Source: the human T2T-CHM13v2.0 reference genome, Homo sapiens. Taken from it: a stretch of DNA of 64,000 nucleotides. Positions 31,286 to 45,820 of this stretch are shown piece after piece. Under the pieces are notes generated by a model. It was not told the origin of the DNA. It did no database searches and saw nothing but the letters and a program-made list of their open reading frames with translations. The stretch lies in the NCBI RefSeq assembly GCF_009914755.1, contig NC_060930.1; one strand, given 5' to 3'. Position numbers and translations under genes: made by a program. Every line of letters starts with the position of its first letter. The stretch's first letter is position 1.

Positions 31286-31678
31286 TTTCATGTGCATCTG
31301 TGTGAAGAGACCACCAAACAGGCTTTGTGTGAGCAACATGGCTATTTATTTCACCTGGGTGCAGGCGGGCTGAGTCCGAAAAGAGAGTCAGCAAAGGGAG
31401 ATAGGGGTGGGGCCGTTTTATAGGATTTGGGTAGGTAAAGGAAAAGGGGGGTTGTTCTCTGGCGGGCAGGAGTGGGGGTCACAAGGTGCTCAGTAGGGGA
31501 GCTTTTGAGCCAGGAGAAGGAATTTCACAAGATAATGCCATCCGTTAAGGCAGGAACAGTCCATTTTCACTTCTTTTGTGGTGGAATGTCATCAATTAAG
31601 GCAGGAATCGGCCATCCGGATGTGTACATGCAGGTCACAGGGGATATGATGGCTTAGCTTGGGCTCAGAGGCCTGACA
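31286..31678 (-). promoter_or_regulatory. HERV-H 5' LTR (LTR7) promoter
   Basis: TATAAAA 31422-31416; KLF/GC box CCCCACCCC 31412-31404; AATAAA 31350-31345; SOX-like ACAAAAGA 31579-31572. Confidence 0.93.
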
Positions 31679-31959
31679 TGGGTAAAGAAAGTATTTTGCA
31701 TGTTTCCACTGAGTAGTTTTTCCTCCTTTGTCAACTTGTAAAATTTCTATCTAATATCAAATTCTACTGCAGAATTAACCACCCTATTTAAATTTTTCTG
31801 AGCCTATTCTGAAGAACAAAGTTGACCATGGCTTCTTCTTTGACATTCATCTATGTGGCAAATATTTTTCGTATCACCTGTATTGTAGTTGGTTGTAATT
31901 ATTTGTTCCCATGCCTATTTTTTATTGTGTAATACAGTGTAGTATAATTCAATATATCA

Positions 31960-32170
31960 TGGTAAGATTGGAGACAGAGTGTGGACTTTGGAATCAGATG
32001 AACGGGGGAAAAATTAGATCTCTGCTTTTTGTGAATTGTTTGTCTCATGGTGCTTTACTTAATCTCTCTAAATCTCAGTTCTCTCATCTAAAAAATGGGG
32101 ATAACAACAACTAACTCACAGAGAGATTGCGAGACTCACATAAAATGATGTATTCAGGTTTTCAGTAATG
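31960..32170 (+). mobile_element. MIR
   Basis: ACTTTGGAATCAGA; TTACTTAATCTCTCTAAATCTCAGTTCTCTCATCTAAAAAATGGGGATAA. Confidence 0.7.
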
Positions 32171-32828
32171 CTGGTTCCTCTCTCGGCTCCATCTTATTCC
32201 AACTACAGTATTTACAATCCTAGAGGATAGAAATAGTGTTTTGAGAAATAGTGTTTTGCTCCTCTCTATAGCCTCATTACTTAATACTGTATCTGGCATA
32301 AACAGGTGTTCAATGAAATTTGCTGAATTAAACCAAGTGGCCTAAAATATTCATGTAGACTGATTGCATTATTCAAATTTGACTCCAATTTGTTTCATGG
32401 ACTTGGAAGAATTTATTCACAGCATTATCTGTTGTTCTCTTTACCTCTATTTTACTATATGTATGGTTGAGGGAGTTTTGTGCACATTTCAGACTTGTGG
32501 TTAGCCAAGTCTGAAAATAATTTATTTTGAAAAACAAATGTTTCTTCCAAAAATATGGATAAATGGAATTTGTTTTAACTTATTTGAGACAAAAATAAAA
32601 AACTTACCCCAAGGTTTCTGCTCTTATATTTAAAGGTCATTAACTATCATGTTTAATTAAATATGTGTGTATCTGAGAAAATATATGAAATAATATAGCA
32701 GTATGAGCATTGTTTTATTAATGTAGTCATATAGGAACTATATACTTGTTCCATTTATGTTTGCACATTTGAAAAATTCCTAAAACAAGTCTTTTGAAAT
32801 AATATTCACAAATTGTGTAATATTTTAA

Positions 32829-33585
32829 CTTTTTTATTGTGGTACAATGCACATAACATAAAATTTATCATTTTAACCATTTTTAGCATTCACTTCAGTG
32901 GCATTAATTACATTCACATTGTTTTGGAACCATCACTATTATCTATGTCTAGAACTCTTTTCATCTTTCAAACTGAAACTCTGTACCCTTAAACAATAAC
33001 TCTCCATTCCCTTCTCTCTGTAATCCTTAGTAATCTCTAATGTACTTTATGCCTCTCTGAATTTGACCACTCTAGGTATCTCATATGGGTGGAATCATGC
33101 TGTATTTGTCTCTTTGCGACTGGCTAATTTTACTTAGCACAAAATCCTCAAGGTTGTTGAGCATGTCCTCAACATGCTTATCCATGTTGTAGCATGTGTC
33201 CAAATCATCTTCCTTATAAGACTGAATAATAATATTCCATTTTATGTTTATACCACATTTTGTTTATTCATTTATTCATTAAAGGATACTTGGGATCCTT
33301 CCAACTTTTTGGCTATTGTGAATAGTGTTGCTATGAACATGAATGGACAAATATCTCTTTGTGTCCCTGCTTTGACTTACTTTTGTTATATACTGGGGAT
33401 GCAATTGCTAGATCATATGGTAACTCTCTGTCTAATTTTGAACAACTTCCCTACTATTTCCCATAGTAATTGCCCATTTTACATCCCCACCAATAATGCA
33501 CAAGGGTTCAGTTTATCCATGTCTTTACCAACACTCGTTATTATTATTTTCCCTTTGATAGTTAGCTATTCTAATGGGTGTGACA
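32829..33585 (-). mobile_element. L1MB-type 3' end
   Basis: TTTTTATTGTGGTACAATGCACATAACATAAAATTTATCATTTTAACCATTTT; GGCTATTGTGAATAGTGTTGCTATGAACAT. Confidence 0.88.
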
Positions 33586-33619
33586 GAGCTTGTATAATAT
33601 TGATTACCTTCAGTGGTCT

Positions 33620-33922
33620 CTAACCCCCGAACTAATGGTATTAGATGGTACAGTCTTTTAGGAAGTGATTAGTTCATGAGGGCTCTTCCCTTATTAATGG
33701 AATTAGTATCCTTATAAAGGAGGCCCCAGAAAGCTGCCTTATGTCTTCCACTATGTGAGGATGCAGCAAGAAGACACATTCTATGAAACAGAAGACAATG
33801 AATCTGCTAATGCCTTGTTCTTGGACTCCCCAGCCTCCAGAACTATAAGAAATAAATTTATGTTGTGTATAAACCATTCAGTCTATGGCGTTTTCTTATA
33901 GCAACCTGAATGGACTAAGATA
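33620..33922 (+). mobile_element. MaLR LTR (MLT1A0/MST-like), 5'-truncated
   Basis: CTTGGACTCCCCAGCCTCCAGAACTATAAGAAATAAATTT...AATGGACTAAGATA. Confidence 0.8.
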
Positions 33923-35391
33923 TACTTCATATACCTTTGACAAGAGTCCAAACTATTTCAGATTATGCTTCCTTCCTGCCTCCCTTCCTGCCTTCTCTCC
34001 TGCTTTCCTTCCTGATTAATCCAGTTCAAAAGTGATTAGGTGAGGCTGAGCAAGACAGTCATCCAGGTCTGGGGGCAGTGTGCAGAGCACTCCAGCATGG
34101 CTGTCAGTGCCTGAATATGGCGAGGAGGCACCATGCTATGAGTGTGGTAGTCGGGGAGTCTCACTTGTCTTCTGAGCAGAGTGGGATGGCATCTACATGG
34201 CATTGGACCAGAGTGCAATGTCCAAGGTCAAGAAGGTAAGGAGGATGCATGTCTGCATGAGTTGACAGTGGTGGTGGTGATGAAAATTGTCCACCTTTAA
34301 AGGGATTGATCAAATAAGTAAATACATTGAGCATAATTGGAGCCAATTGCTCACCGTTAGAGAAAGGAGTTACAAATTTGGAATGGGAGAAAAAGATCAT
34401 GAATAATTTAAGGTTGGATTGTAATTGATGGTGTCCGTGTGAACTTGTGTAGTATCTTGGGAACATGAACAGCCTAATAGCAATGGGCACACCCAGCATC
34501 TTCCTCATGGCTTGTAAATCCCTTTCACCACTCTGAAGCTCTCTGGAGCAGTGACTGATTTCAAGGCAGGGACAGGAAAAGTATAAGATGAGCCTGGAAT
34601 ATTTTGTTGTACTAGGAAGTAAGAAAGTATTCAAAGAATGTTATAGACATATCAAAATGTCACAGAAGCCAGCTTGAAAGAGCTCCACTGGTCAAGGCTG
34701 GGATGATCTGAGCAACAACAACAAATTGTGACAGATTATAACCAATTGGATAAAATAAAAATCTATGCATCTGTACTGACATAAACAAATAAAAGAATAG
34801 GATATGGGGAGAAGAAAAGCTTTTTTATGGTAGAATGCCAATGAATAAATGTAGGAAAAAATAATGGAGTTAGAAAATAGCCACTTGATAAGTAACAGAG
34901 TGATAATTAATTCAACCAAGAAACACCAGTGGATGCTAAGACTAATGGGTAAAAGTTTGATGAAGAACTGGATAATTCACAGACTCAGAGTCCCTCCCTT
35001 AACATACTTTTTCCTCACAGGAGACACACAGAAACTTTATAATGGAGAAACCTGACAGACAAGGTTAACAGCCCCGGTTACATAGCATAGCAACTTCATG
35101 TGTCACAGGTCAAGAAGCAACCAGAAGAATCCAGCTTTACTTTCATACTATTCTTGACAAAAATGCATAACCTGAATTGAAGCAGGAAGAAAGGTCTGGT
35201 AAACTTAAACTAAGAAACCTTCTGCCAATTAACTGGCCTGTAATGTTCCAAAGTGTCAAGGACTCAAAAGTCAAGGAAAAACTGAGGAACCATTCCAGAT
35301 TAGGTGGCTAAGCAGACACAGCAATGAAATATGCTTTATTTACCTGGGTGGATCTTCTGTTTGGAAAGGGTCTCTTTGGCTAACCTGATGA

Positions 35392-35724
<333 letters not shown>

Positions 35725-35727
35725 ACT

Positions 35728-36287
<560 letters not shown>

Positions 36288-36719
36288 CTGTGAATTATTA
36301 ATAGGTGGTCACAATGAAGCAATGTCAACTGCATGGTTGTAGTATGCTTATGTTGCAGAAAGTCCTCATTGGTAGGAATTACACACTAATATATTCAGCA
36401 GTGATGGAGCCTTATATCGGCAACTTACTCTTAAGTAGTTCAGGAAAAAGAGTTATTTCTACAATTCTTGCAACTTTTTTTTAATTAAAAGTAGATATGT
36501 AAAACTGAAAATGAAATGACGGTAGCTTCATTGGAAAATGAAGTCTGTAATGGAGACTAGTTTGAAGACAGTAACGTGTAAAATGTACCTGCTCAGATGT
36601 TTTAAAAACGTTATTTGTATTCAAATGTCGCTATTCTCTTCCTTTGTCCTTTTTGAAAGATCAATAGCTAAGGAGAAAAACCATGATAAAACAAACCAAG
36701 AGCAATCTAAATAAAAATA

Positions 36720-37224
36720 TAACCAAGACCATCAATAATAAGTCATGTTGTTAACAAGTACCCTCTGCTAGGATGCAGTGAGAATGCCACTTCATCTCTG
36801 TAGTATTCTTCCTCTAAAACTCTAACTCCAGTCTAATCATGAGGAAACATCAGAAAATACAAATTGAAGGACACTCTGCAAAATGCCTGACCAGAATGCT
36901 CTTTGGGAGTGTAAAGGACATGGAAGACAAACACTGAGAAACTCACAGTTGAGAGGAACCTAAGGAGGAAGGTCACTAGATATGATTGTTACCCTGGCTT
37001 AGATCCTGGGATAGAAAGAGAGCGTTAGTAGACGAATTGGTATAATCTGAATAAAGTTGGTAGTTTTGTTCATAGTATTGGATGAATGTTAAATACTTAG
37101 TTTTGATAAGTTTACTTTGGTTTTGTAAAATGTGAAGGTTAGGGAAGCTGGGTATTGGAATTGTCTTACTGTCTTTGCAACTCTTCTGTAAATCTAAAAT
37201 TATTTCAGAATAAAAAGTTAAAAA
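36720..37224 (+). mobile_element. L1MC/L1MD-type 3' end
   Basis: CCAGTCTAATCATGAGGAAACATCAGA; CTTTGCAACTCTTCTGTAAATCTAAAATTATTTCAGAATAAAAAGTT. Confidence 0.75.
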
Positions 37225-38447
37225 GCATGTATGCCCCAAAATGCAGATATCCTCTCAAAAATGCAAATATACCAATGGGGTATATTCATGTCATGAACTA
37301 GCCAAATGTATGTGTTGGCTCTACTGTTTTGAACCTACAATGACAAGAAAAGTGCACAGACTCAATTCATCACCGGAAATAACACAAGCTTAGGTTTGCC
37401 TTATTTCTTGGAAGCCAGATGATAATATAAACATTTCTGTGAAAGAAATATTTATAGGAGGCAGGAGGTAGGATCAGTAAAACGGATCTCAGTTGGTCTC
37501 CTATGTAGGGTTGAGTCCACCTACTCTGGAATTTGGCCTCCCGTGTCCATTGTTCTCTATCCTTCTTCCTTGGGATCTCTGCTTCATCCTGCTGCAGCCT
37601 CTTGCATTCAAACAAACAGGCCCAATTACTCTGAGTGCTCACATTGTTTAGACTCATAGAACAAATAAGCCTCCTAAATATATTTTTCACTAATTAAGTT
37701 TTTGTCTCTCATAGCATAACCTTGAAGCATATTCCCATTCAGGAAAATCTTCTCTTAGGAATGAGAATGAGGAAAAACAAAGGTGGTGAAGGTAATAGAA
37801 AATGTCATCCTGCCATGAGTTTGAATTTCCTTGTTGGGTAGGTGTTGGCTCAGTATTAAAAGGAAATACTGTGAATAGAGGGAAATTAGAATTGGAATTT
37901 TATTTTCGAACATAAAAACACTGCCATTAGCAACGTATACCTGAAATCAAAAAATGCAAACAGAACAGCAAAACAAAAAGCCTCAAAGAAACAAATAAAC
38001 TAACAAAAAACAAAATAACAGCAAAATAACTCTGGAAAGCTAATGCCCAGGAAGCCAGACAAGAAGTTGGGAAGGATGGAGATTTGTATGGCTGGCGCTG
38101 GGGTATACTCAGTGAAACTGGCTCACACACATTGCTAGAGGCAGGGTAAAATCATTCAACGGTTTTGGAAAGCAACTTGAAAATGTGTACCAAAACTCAT
38201 TACTGTGTTTGAACCTTTTACCTCAAGCATTCCACATCTGTGAGAGTAATCTAATTAAATACTAATTCAAAATATGGTAAAATACATCCATTGCTGTATA
38301 ATTTATAATTGTGAAAAAAATGGAGTTAACTTGGATGTTCAGTAAAAAGTGAATAACTAAATAAACCCAATAGCATATTATGAAAGTATGAAAGATAATA
38401 ATTGCAAAGTTGAAAACTCTTAGAAACATAGAAAGGTACCCTCGCAG

Positions 38448-38745
38448 ACTGCATTGTCCAGGACGATGGCTACCGGTACCATGTGGCTTTGAGCACTGGA
38501 AACAGGTCTTGTCCAAATCGAGGTATGCTGTGAAAGCAAAAGACATTGGACACTGGATTTCAAAGACTTGATACAAAAAATGTTAAATATTTCATTAACA
38601 ATTTTTTATTGATTACATGTTGAAATGATAATATTTTAGATATATTGGGTTAAATAAAATATAGTAGCAAAATTAATTTCAATCATTTCTTTAAAAATTT
38701 GAACTTGCATATTTGGCTTGCACTATATTTCTATTGAAAAGTGCT
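38448..38745 (-). mobile_element. MER33 (hAT-Charlie)
   Basis: ATTGATTACATGTTGAAATGATAATATTTTAGATATATTGGGTTAAATAAAATAT core. Confidence 0.85.
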
Positions 38746-39721
38746 TGTCTAGACTATGAGCCCTTTGAAGACAGGGTTAACTCTTGGTCCATGGCTCCCA
38801 GTTTGTTCTCATCAATTGTTCTGTTAACCACCTGATGAATGAATGATTATAACATTGATTTTAAAATGTATGCAATTACATGTGCAGTAAGCTTACACCT
38901 ATGTAAAATATTCATATTATAAAAGACAGAAGGTGATCTACAAAATTGAAGGTGTTGGTTGTCTTAGGATGGTGAGATTATGGGTCACTTTATTATTTTT
39001 CAAACTTTCTGTGGAATAATTTTCTTCTCATAATGTAAAGGATTTTTTTTTTTTTTAATGAAACCAGGACTTGTGAGGGTTTTTTGTTCGCTTGTTTATT
39101 TGTTTGTTGTGGGGATGGAAGGATACACATATGAATCATCTTCAAAGACTCCTGGCTGTGGCTGATTCCAGTGGTCTCTCTAATGTGGGGGAGGACATAC
39201 CTTATATAGGGCCTGGAGGGGTGATTCTTGAGTGTTGTAGCACACCATGGCTAACAGCAGCCTGCTGTTGGTGCTGGGCAGAAATCTCTTTGGCCCAGAG
39301 CAAGCAATGAAGATTTTATATTCTTCATCTTCTGCAAGGAGCTGCAGTTGTTTCTCAAGGTCAGGTCAGAGAGCATCCTGAGGATGAGGAATAACAGTCC
39401 TCGAAGGGCTTTCCATCTTGGCAACGGTTCATACCCATGTAAAGCTGATAACAAAATAATTCCAAAATAAACAAACAGTGGGTGCCTAAGTGCCCTCAGA
39501 GATCAGTAAATCTGAGCACATGTAAGCTGCCAGTGTGAGAAGCAGATAAAACCTCCTTCTAACATCCCGATGCACTAAAGCAGATGGAAACACCATATCA
39601 GGGTGCCTAGACAAACAAAACAAGACAAAAACTTTCTTTGCCTAGAAAAGCAAACTAGCTCTTACACCAAGGCAGAGCGAAAGTCCTGACCATTTAACAA
39701 ATTCTAGACTGTGACAAATTT

Positions 39722-40138
39722 AATTGATTCAACAGAGATTTATTGACACCCTATTTGTGTTCTAGGTATGGTTTTCAAGGCTAGATACAGCAGTAAGCAA
39801 TGCTTGCAAAATTCCATGCCTTCCCTTTATTTATGTTCTTGAGGGATAAATCAAGTCAATAAACAAATGTGTAATTTAATATATAGCATGTAAGATGACT
39901 ATAAATACTAAGGAAAAAATAAAGCAGAGAATGAGGGTACAGGACAGTTGTGGAAGAGTAAGCTGCAATTTTAGAGTGGGTGGCTCAATATTTGAGTGAA
40001 GAAAACTTGAAGGAGGTGAGGAAATAAAACATGTAGATTTTTGATAGAAAAACATTTCAAGAAAGGAAACAGCAATTGTAGAGCCTTGAAGTAGGAGCTT
40101 GCCTGGCATGTTTGAAGAACAACAAAAAATCACTGAGA
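39722..40138 (-). mobile_element. L2 3' end (continues in pieces at ~40920-41300, ~42290-42706, ~43662-43850)
   Basis: ATTCAACAGAGATTTATTGA; GGAGCTTGCCTGGCATGTTTGAAGAAC; TTTTACTGAGTGAAATGGGAAG. Confidence 0.7.
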
Positions 40139-40148
40139 CTTAAGGAAA

Positions 40149-40444
40149 AGTTGGGTGCAGTGGCTCACGCCAGTAATCCCCAGCACTTTGGGAGGCTGAG
40201 GTGGGTGGATCACCTTAGCTCAGGAGCTCAACATCAGCCTGGGCAACCTGGTGAAATCCCCGTCTCTATTAAAAAAATACAAAAATTAGCCAGGTGTGAT
40301 AGTATGCACTTGCAGTCTCAGCTACTGGGGAGGCTGAGGTGGGAGGATCACTTGAGCCCAGGAGGTGTAGGTTGCATTGAGCTGAGGTTGCACCACCTCA
40401 CTCTAGCCTGGGCAATGGAGCAAGGCCCTGTCAAAAAAAAAAAA
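40149..40444 (+). mobile_element. AluJ SINE
   Basis: GGCTGAGGTGGGAGGATCACTTGAGCCCAGGAGG. Confidence 0.9.
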
Positions 40445-40573
40445 GGAAAGGAAGGAAGGAAGGAAAGAAGGAAGGAAAGAAGGAAGGAAAAGAAAGAGAG
40501 AGAGAAAGAGAGAAGGAAGGAAGGAAAGAGAGAGAGAAAAAAGAAAGAAAGAAGAAAGAAAGAAAGAAAAAAA
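40445..40573. repeat. GA-rich (GGAA/GAAA) low-complexity tract
   Basis: Pure purine run between two Alus. Confidence 0.9.
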
Positions 40574-41045
<472 letters not shown>

Positions 41046-41307
41046 TTAACCTACACTTTAAGCATCTGAGTTCAGAATATTAAACTTGAAAATCAGTTTG
41101 GAAGTTTTTGCAATAAAAAAGTTACGAAGATCTAATGGCAAATGTAATCAGCGGTTTAGGTTCTGGGTATGACTTAATGGTAGATCTGATTGGCTTTTTT
41201 GACTGGCTGGATATAGGGTATGAACAAAGTAGAGGAACTGATGATGATGATGCCAGATACTTTCACCCAACTTAGTGGGAGGATGGATTTTACCATTTAC
41301 TGGTCAT

Positions 41308-42256
<949 letters not shown>

Positions 42257-42714
42257 GGCTTAATTTAAAAATAGTAAAAAAGGGAAGTAAAATTATGAGG
42301 GATATTTTTAGGTGAGAGAAATAATATCAAGGTGGAGTGTGAATGGGAAAGAAGTGGTAGAATGGGAAAAAGTAATGTTGCAAGAGGAAGAGGAGGGGAT
42401 TGAGCAGTGACCTGGAACAGGTTAGAAAGGATAGGAGCTCATAAACAGGTGGAGGGGATGGCCTCTGTGGGGACTTGCCAGGGGTAGTTCACCCAGTATA
42501 GTGAGACAGAAGGCAGTGGGTATGGGTAGAGAGGATAAAGGCAGAGGTATAATTTTATAGTAGATGCGATAGTGCTGGGGGCTTTCCATTGTTTTCCTTG
42601 AACTTTGATTTTTGTAGTGAAGTAGAAAGTGAGCACATCAGCTGAGACTGATGATATAAAAGAAGTGTTGGATGTTTGAAGAGACAGGAGAAGATATGAA
42701 CTAATTGTTTAGGA

Positions 42715-43653
42715 CAGGGGTCCCCAACCCCTGGGCCATGGGCTGGTACTTGTCTGTGGTCTGTTAGGAACTGGGCAGCATGCAAAACTTCACCTGTATT
42801 TATAGCTGCTCCCCGTCACTCACATTACTGCCTGAGCTCTGCCTCCTGTCGGATCAGTGGCGGCATTAGATCTCATAGAAGCGCAAACCCTATTGTGAAC
42901 TGTGCATGTGAGTGATCTAGGTTGTATGCTCCTTATGAGAATCTAATTCCTGATGATCTGAGGCGGAGCTGAGGTGGTGATGCTTGCTCTGGGGAGCAGC
43001 TGCAAATACAGATTAACATTAGCAGAGACATTTGACTGCACAGAGACCATAATGTTAAATCAATTGCCTGCAGACTCATATCAAAACCCTATCAGTGAGT
43101 GGCAGGTGACAATGAAGCTGCATCTGGTGGCAGTCTTTATAGTGGCAAGTGAGTTGATGTACTTCAGTTGTACAGCTGCATCTGGTGTCCTTAAAAGTAT
43201 GTTTGAGGCAACTTCAAATCTCCATATGTTCTGGATTACAGTCAAGGCAGAATATCCCGAGATTGCCGAGATTGCCAAGAAAGTACTGAAAATCCTGCTT
43301 CCATTTCCAACATCCTAACTTTGTGAAGCAGGGTATTCTGCAGTGACAGCAACCAAAACAAGATTATAGAGTAAACTGGACATAAACAACACACTTTGGG
43401 TGTCACTGTCTCCCATCACCCCCAGAAGGGACCTTCCAGTTGCAGGAAAACAAGCTCAGGGCTCCCACTGATTCTACATTATGGTGAGTTGTATAATTAT
43501 TTCACTATACATTACAATGTAATAATAATAGAAATAAAGTGCACAATAAATGTAATGTGCTCGAATCATCCTGAAACCATGCCCCTCCTTGGTTCGTGGA
43601 AAATTGCCTTCCACAGAACTAGTCCCTGGTGCCAAAAAGGTTGGGGACCACTG
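42715..43653 (+). mobile_element. hAT DNA transposon, Charlie3/MER1-family internal-deletion derivative
   Basis: TIRs CAGGGGTCCCCAACC / GGTTGGGGACCACTG; perfect 8-bp TSD GTTTAGGA; hAT C-terminal remnant FWITVKAEYPEIA..KVLKILLPFPTS*LCEAGYS. Confidence 0.92.
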
Positions 43654-44061
43654 GTTTAGGAGAGAGAGGAATGAATAACTAGGAAAGCACTGTGGGCTTT
43701 CCAGGGGTGTTGAGGACCTCCTTGAAGTTCATCATGAATTTATAGCAACATTAGAACTGTGGTTGTGTGCTCTTTTCCAGCTATGGGGATGGAGTAGGCA
43801 AAGAGTTGGATTTAGCCAGGGTTGGGATTTAGCCAAATGAATATGTTGATAATTGGTGCAATTAATAAAAAGTAAGCCCCTTGTCCAATTTTAGGTTAAG
43901 GCAAAGCAGGAGGTGGTGGTAGTGTGACTTCTTTTTCCCCCAGATTGATTTTTTTTTTTTTTCATTTGAAGTCTAAATCTCTATTCAGAAAAAGCCTTGG
44001 GCAAACTTGAGAAATTAAGCAGATTTCTCAGCATTCTCTTTGCGCCAACTTCACCCACACA

Positions 44062-44250
44062 CAGGGGTGTGCTGCAGCCTGCCCGTTCTTGATTAAGGTA
44101 GCTGATTGCTAAATTATCAGGAATTTTGCAAGCTAGTTGTTAAGGACAGTTTAAATTTGGTCATGGTGGGAGTATTTACACCATGGAAATCAGTAAATGC
44201 TACAAATCTTCAGGTAGTCGGTTGTTAACCATTTACTGCACACACTCCTG
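44062..44250 (-). mobile_element. MER63-like (hAT-Blackjack)
   Basis: CATGGTGGGAGTATTTACACCATGGAAAT...AAATGCTACAAATC core; termini CAGGGGTGTGCTG / GCACACACTCCTG. Confidence 0.75.
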
Positions 44251-44899
44251 CCTTTCAGGCCCATCTATCTTAATCTACTGGCCTTTAAGGTTATTGTTTC
44301 ATTACCTGTGCTGGCTTGGCATCCACAGGTATAAACTGCTAAGCCTTCCTCGATGTGGACATTCACTTGTCTCAAATATCTTTCAGTCCCTACTTGCTCA
44401 TTCTACCTGGCTGAGCTCATTAATTTATACTATCGTGCTAAAAGTAGAGGAGGCTAGAGATGTCTCTCAAGTAATTTGTAACCTTTAAATGAGGACTTTC
44501 TGGAGACGTCACCAGTTTGACTTTCAGCATTGGTACTTCATCATGAAGAGGTAGGCAGACATAGAGTCAGACTAGTAGGGAAGAAGGCTGGGACTGAAGG
44601 AATCTTTCACCATATATCAAAACTCTTTCTCTGCTAATCTGATTCTTGCAACACAGGGCTACTTTGCACACTGGTCAATTCCACTAACAGAAATTGTTCT
44701 ATTTCCACTCACTTCCTCTGTGCTCTTTGTTTTTTCTGCTCACTTATCATCAACCTCAGATCAAGCAAATGTTGATTTGCTGGGTCGTGACCACATTCAG
44801 GGAGCTAGCAAAAGGCTCATGGTGGTGCTGATATTTTGAATTACATAGGTGCTGTGTGGCTTTGCAACAAGATGTATCATAGGAGCCTCACACTGAGCT

Positions 44900-45820
44900 T
44901 GTGCAAAACTCTTCTCTTGATTCTCCCATTCATACCTAATTCTCCTTCAGTAGCCCACACCTTAAGGAATGGCTCCCCTAACATTCCAGGTGCTCATACC
45001 ATAAACTGGAGCCATTCTTAATTTCCCTTCTCCTCTACCTATTACCTTCAATGGCTACTGGCGTTCTAGCTCCCAAACTGTGAAGTGAACTGTGTCCACT
45101 CTCTCCATCTCTGTGGTCATCATGTTAACTGAAGCCATGGTTGTCTTTCTCCTGAATTGCTGGCTAAGCCTTCTAATTGTTTTCCTGTCATTCCTTTGTA
45201 TGCTCTTCTGTTATCTAATTCTAACAGCAAAGAGTATATTTTAGGAAGCATGTAAGTTTTGTCCATGCTGTACCTTTAAACTCTTACTTATTGCATTTCA
45301 AGTTGTCCCTTTGTGACTGCCCAGCCACCTCTCGAGCCACCGTAGTCTCACTGAAGATGCATCATCCCTGATGACTTTCTTTTGTTTCCTCTCAATGCCA
45401 ATCTCTTTCCCGAATCAACCTTCACAGTTGATGATCTCTCTACCAGGGATGCTTTTCCCCATCCTCTTCATCTGCCAAATTCTCCTCTCCTTTCAAGTTT
45501 AAATTTACATGTTAATTTCCTCAGGGAAGTTTTCCTTGACCCCAGAGACTTAATTTAAACTGTTAACTAGTTTCTCGGGACTCTATAATCCTCCTTCAAA
45601 ACATTTATTTAAATTGTAATTATACATTTATTATTTTAAGGTCTTTTGACAATGGCATCTACCTTTATATTGCTGCCCATTCTAATTATTCTTTTTTTCC
45701 CTTCTGTAATCTTAATAAAAGTAAGGACCTTGTCTCTCTTGTTTATCACTTACATCCCCAGCGCTTTGCATGGTGCATGACATTGAGTAGGAGATCAATT
45801 AATTGAATAAATGAATGAAG
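44900..45820 (+). mobile_element. L2 3' region
   Basis: TCCTCAGGGAAGTTTTCCTTGACC; ends TTGAATAAATGAATGAA. Confidence 0.6.

Larger units (their letters stand above)
25950..31678 (-). mobile_element. HERV-H provirus, common ~5.7-kb internally deleted form, with LTR7 LTRs
   Basis: Paired 393-bp LTRs; 5-bp TSD TGGGT (25945-25949 / 31679-31683); His PBS; PPT; gag CCHC and RT/RNase H remnants; no env ORF seen. Confidence 0.97.

Noticed and set aside
31047-31394. Identification as the ESRG locus
   Set aside because: Starts with TTG not ATG, terminates at 115 codons and differs from the recalled ESRG sequence; similarity is expected for any HERV-H
42974-43318. Domesticated hAT transposase (ZBED-like) exon
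   Set aside because: In-frame stops within the domain, non-ATG start, and it lies inside an element with intact TIRs and TSD
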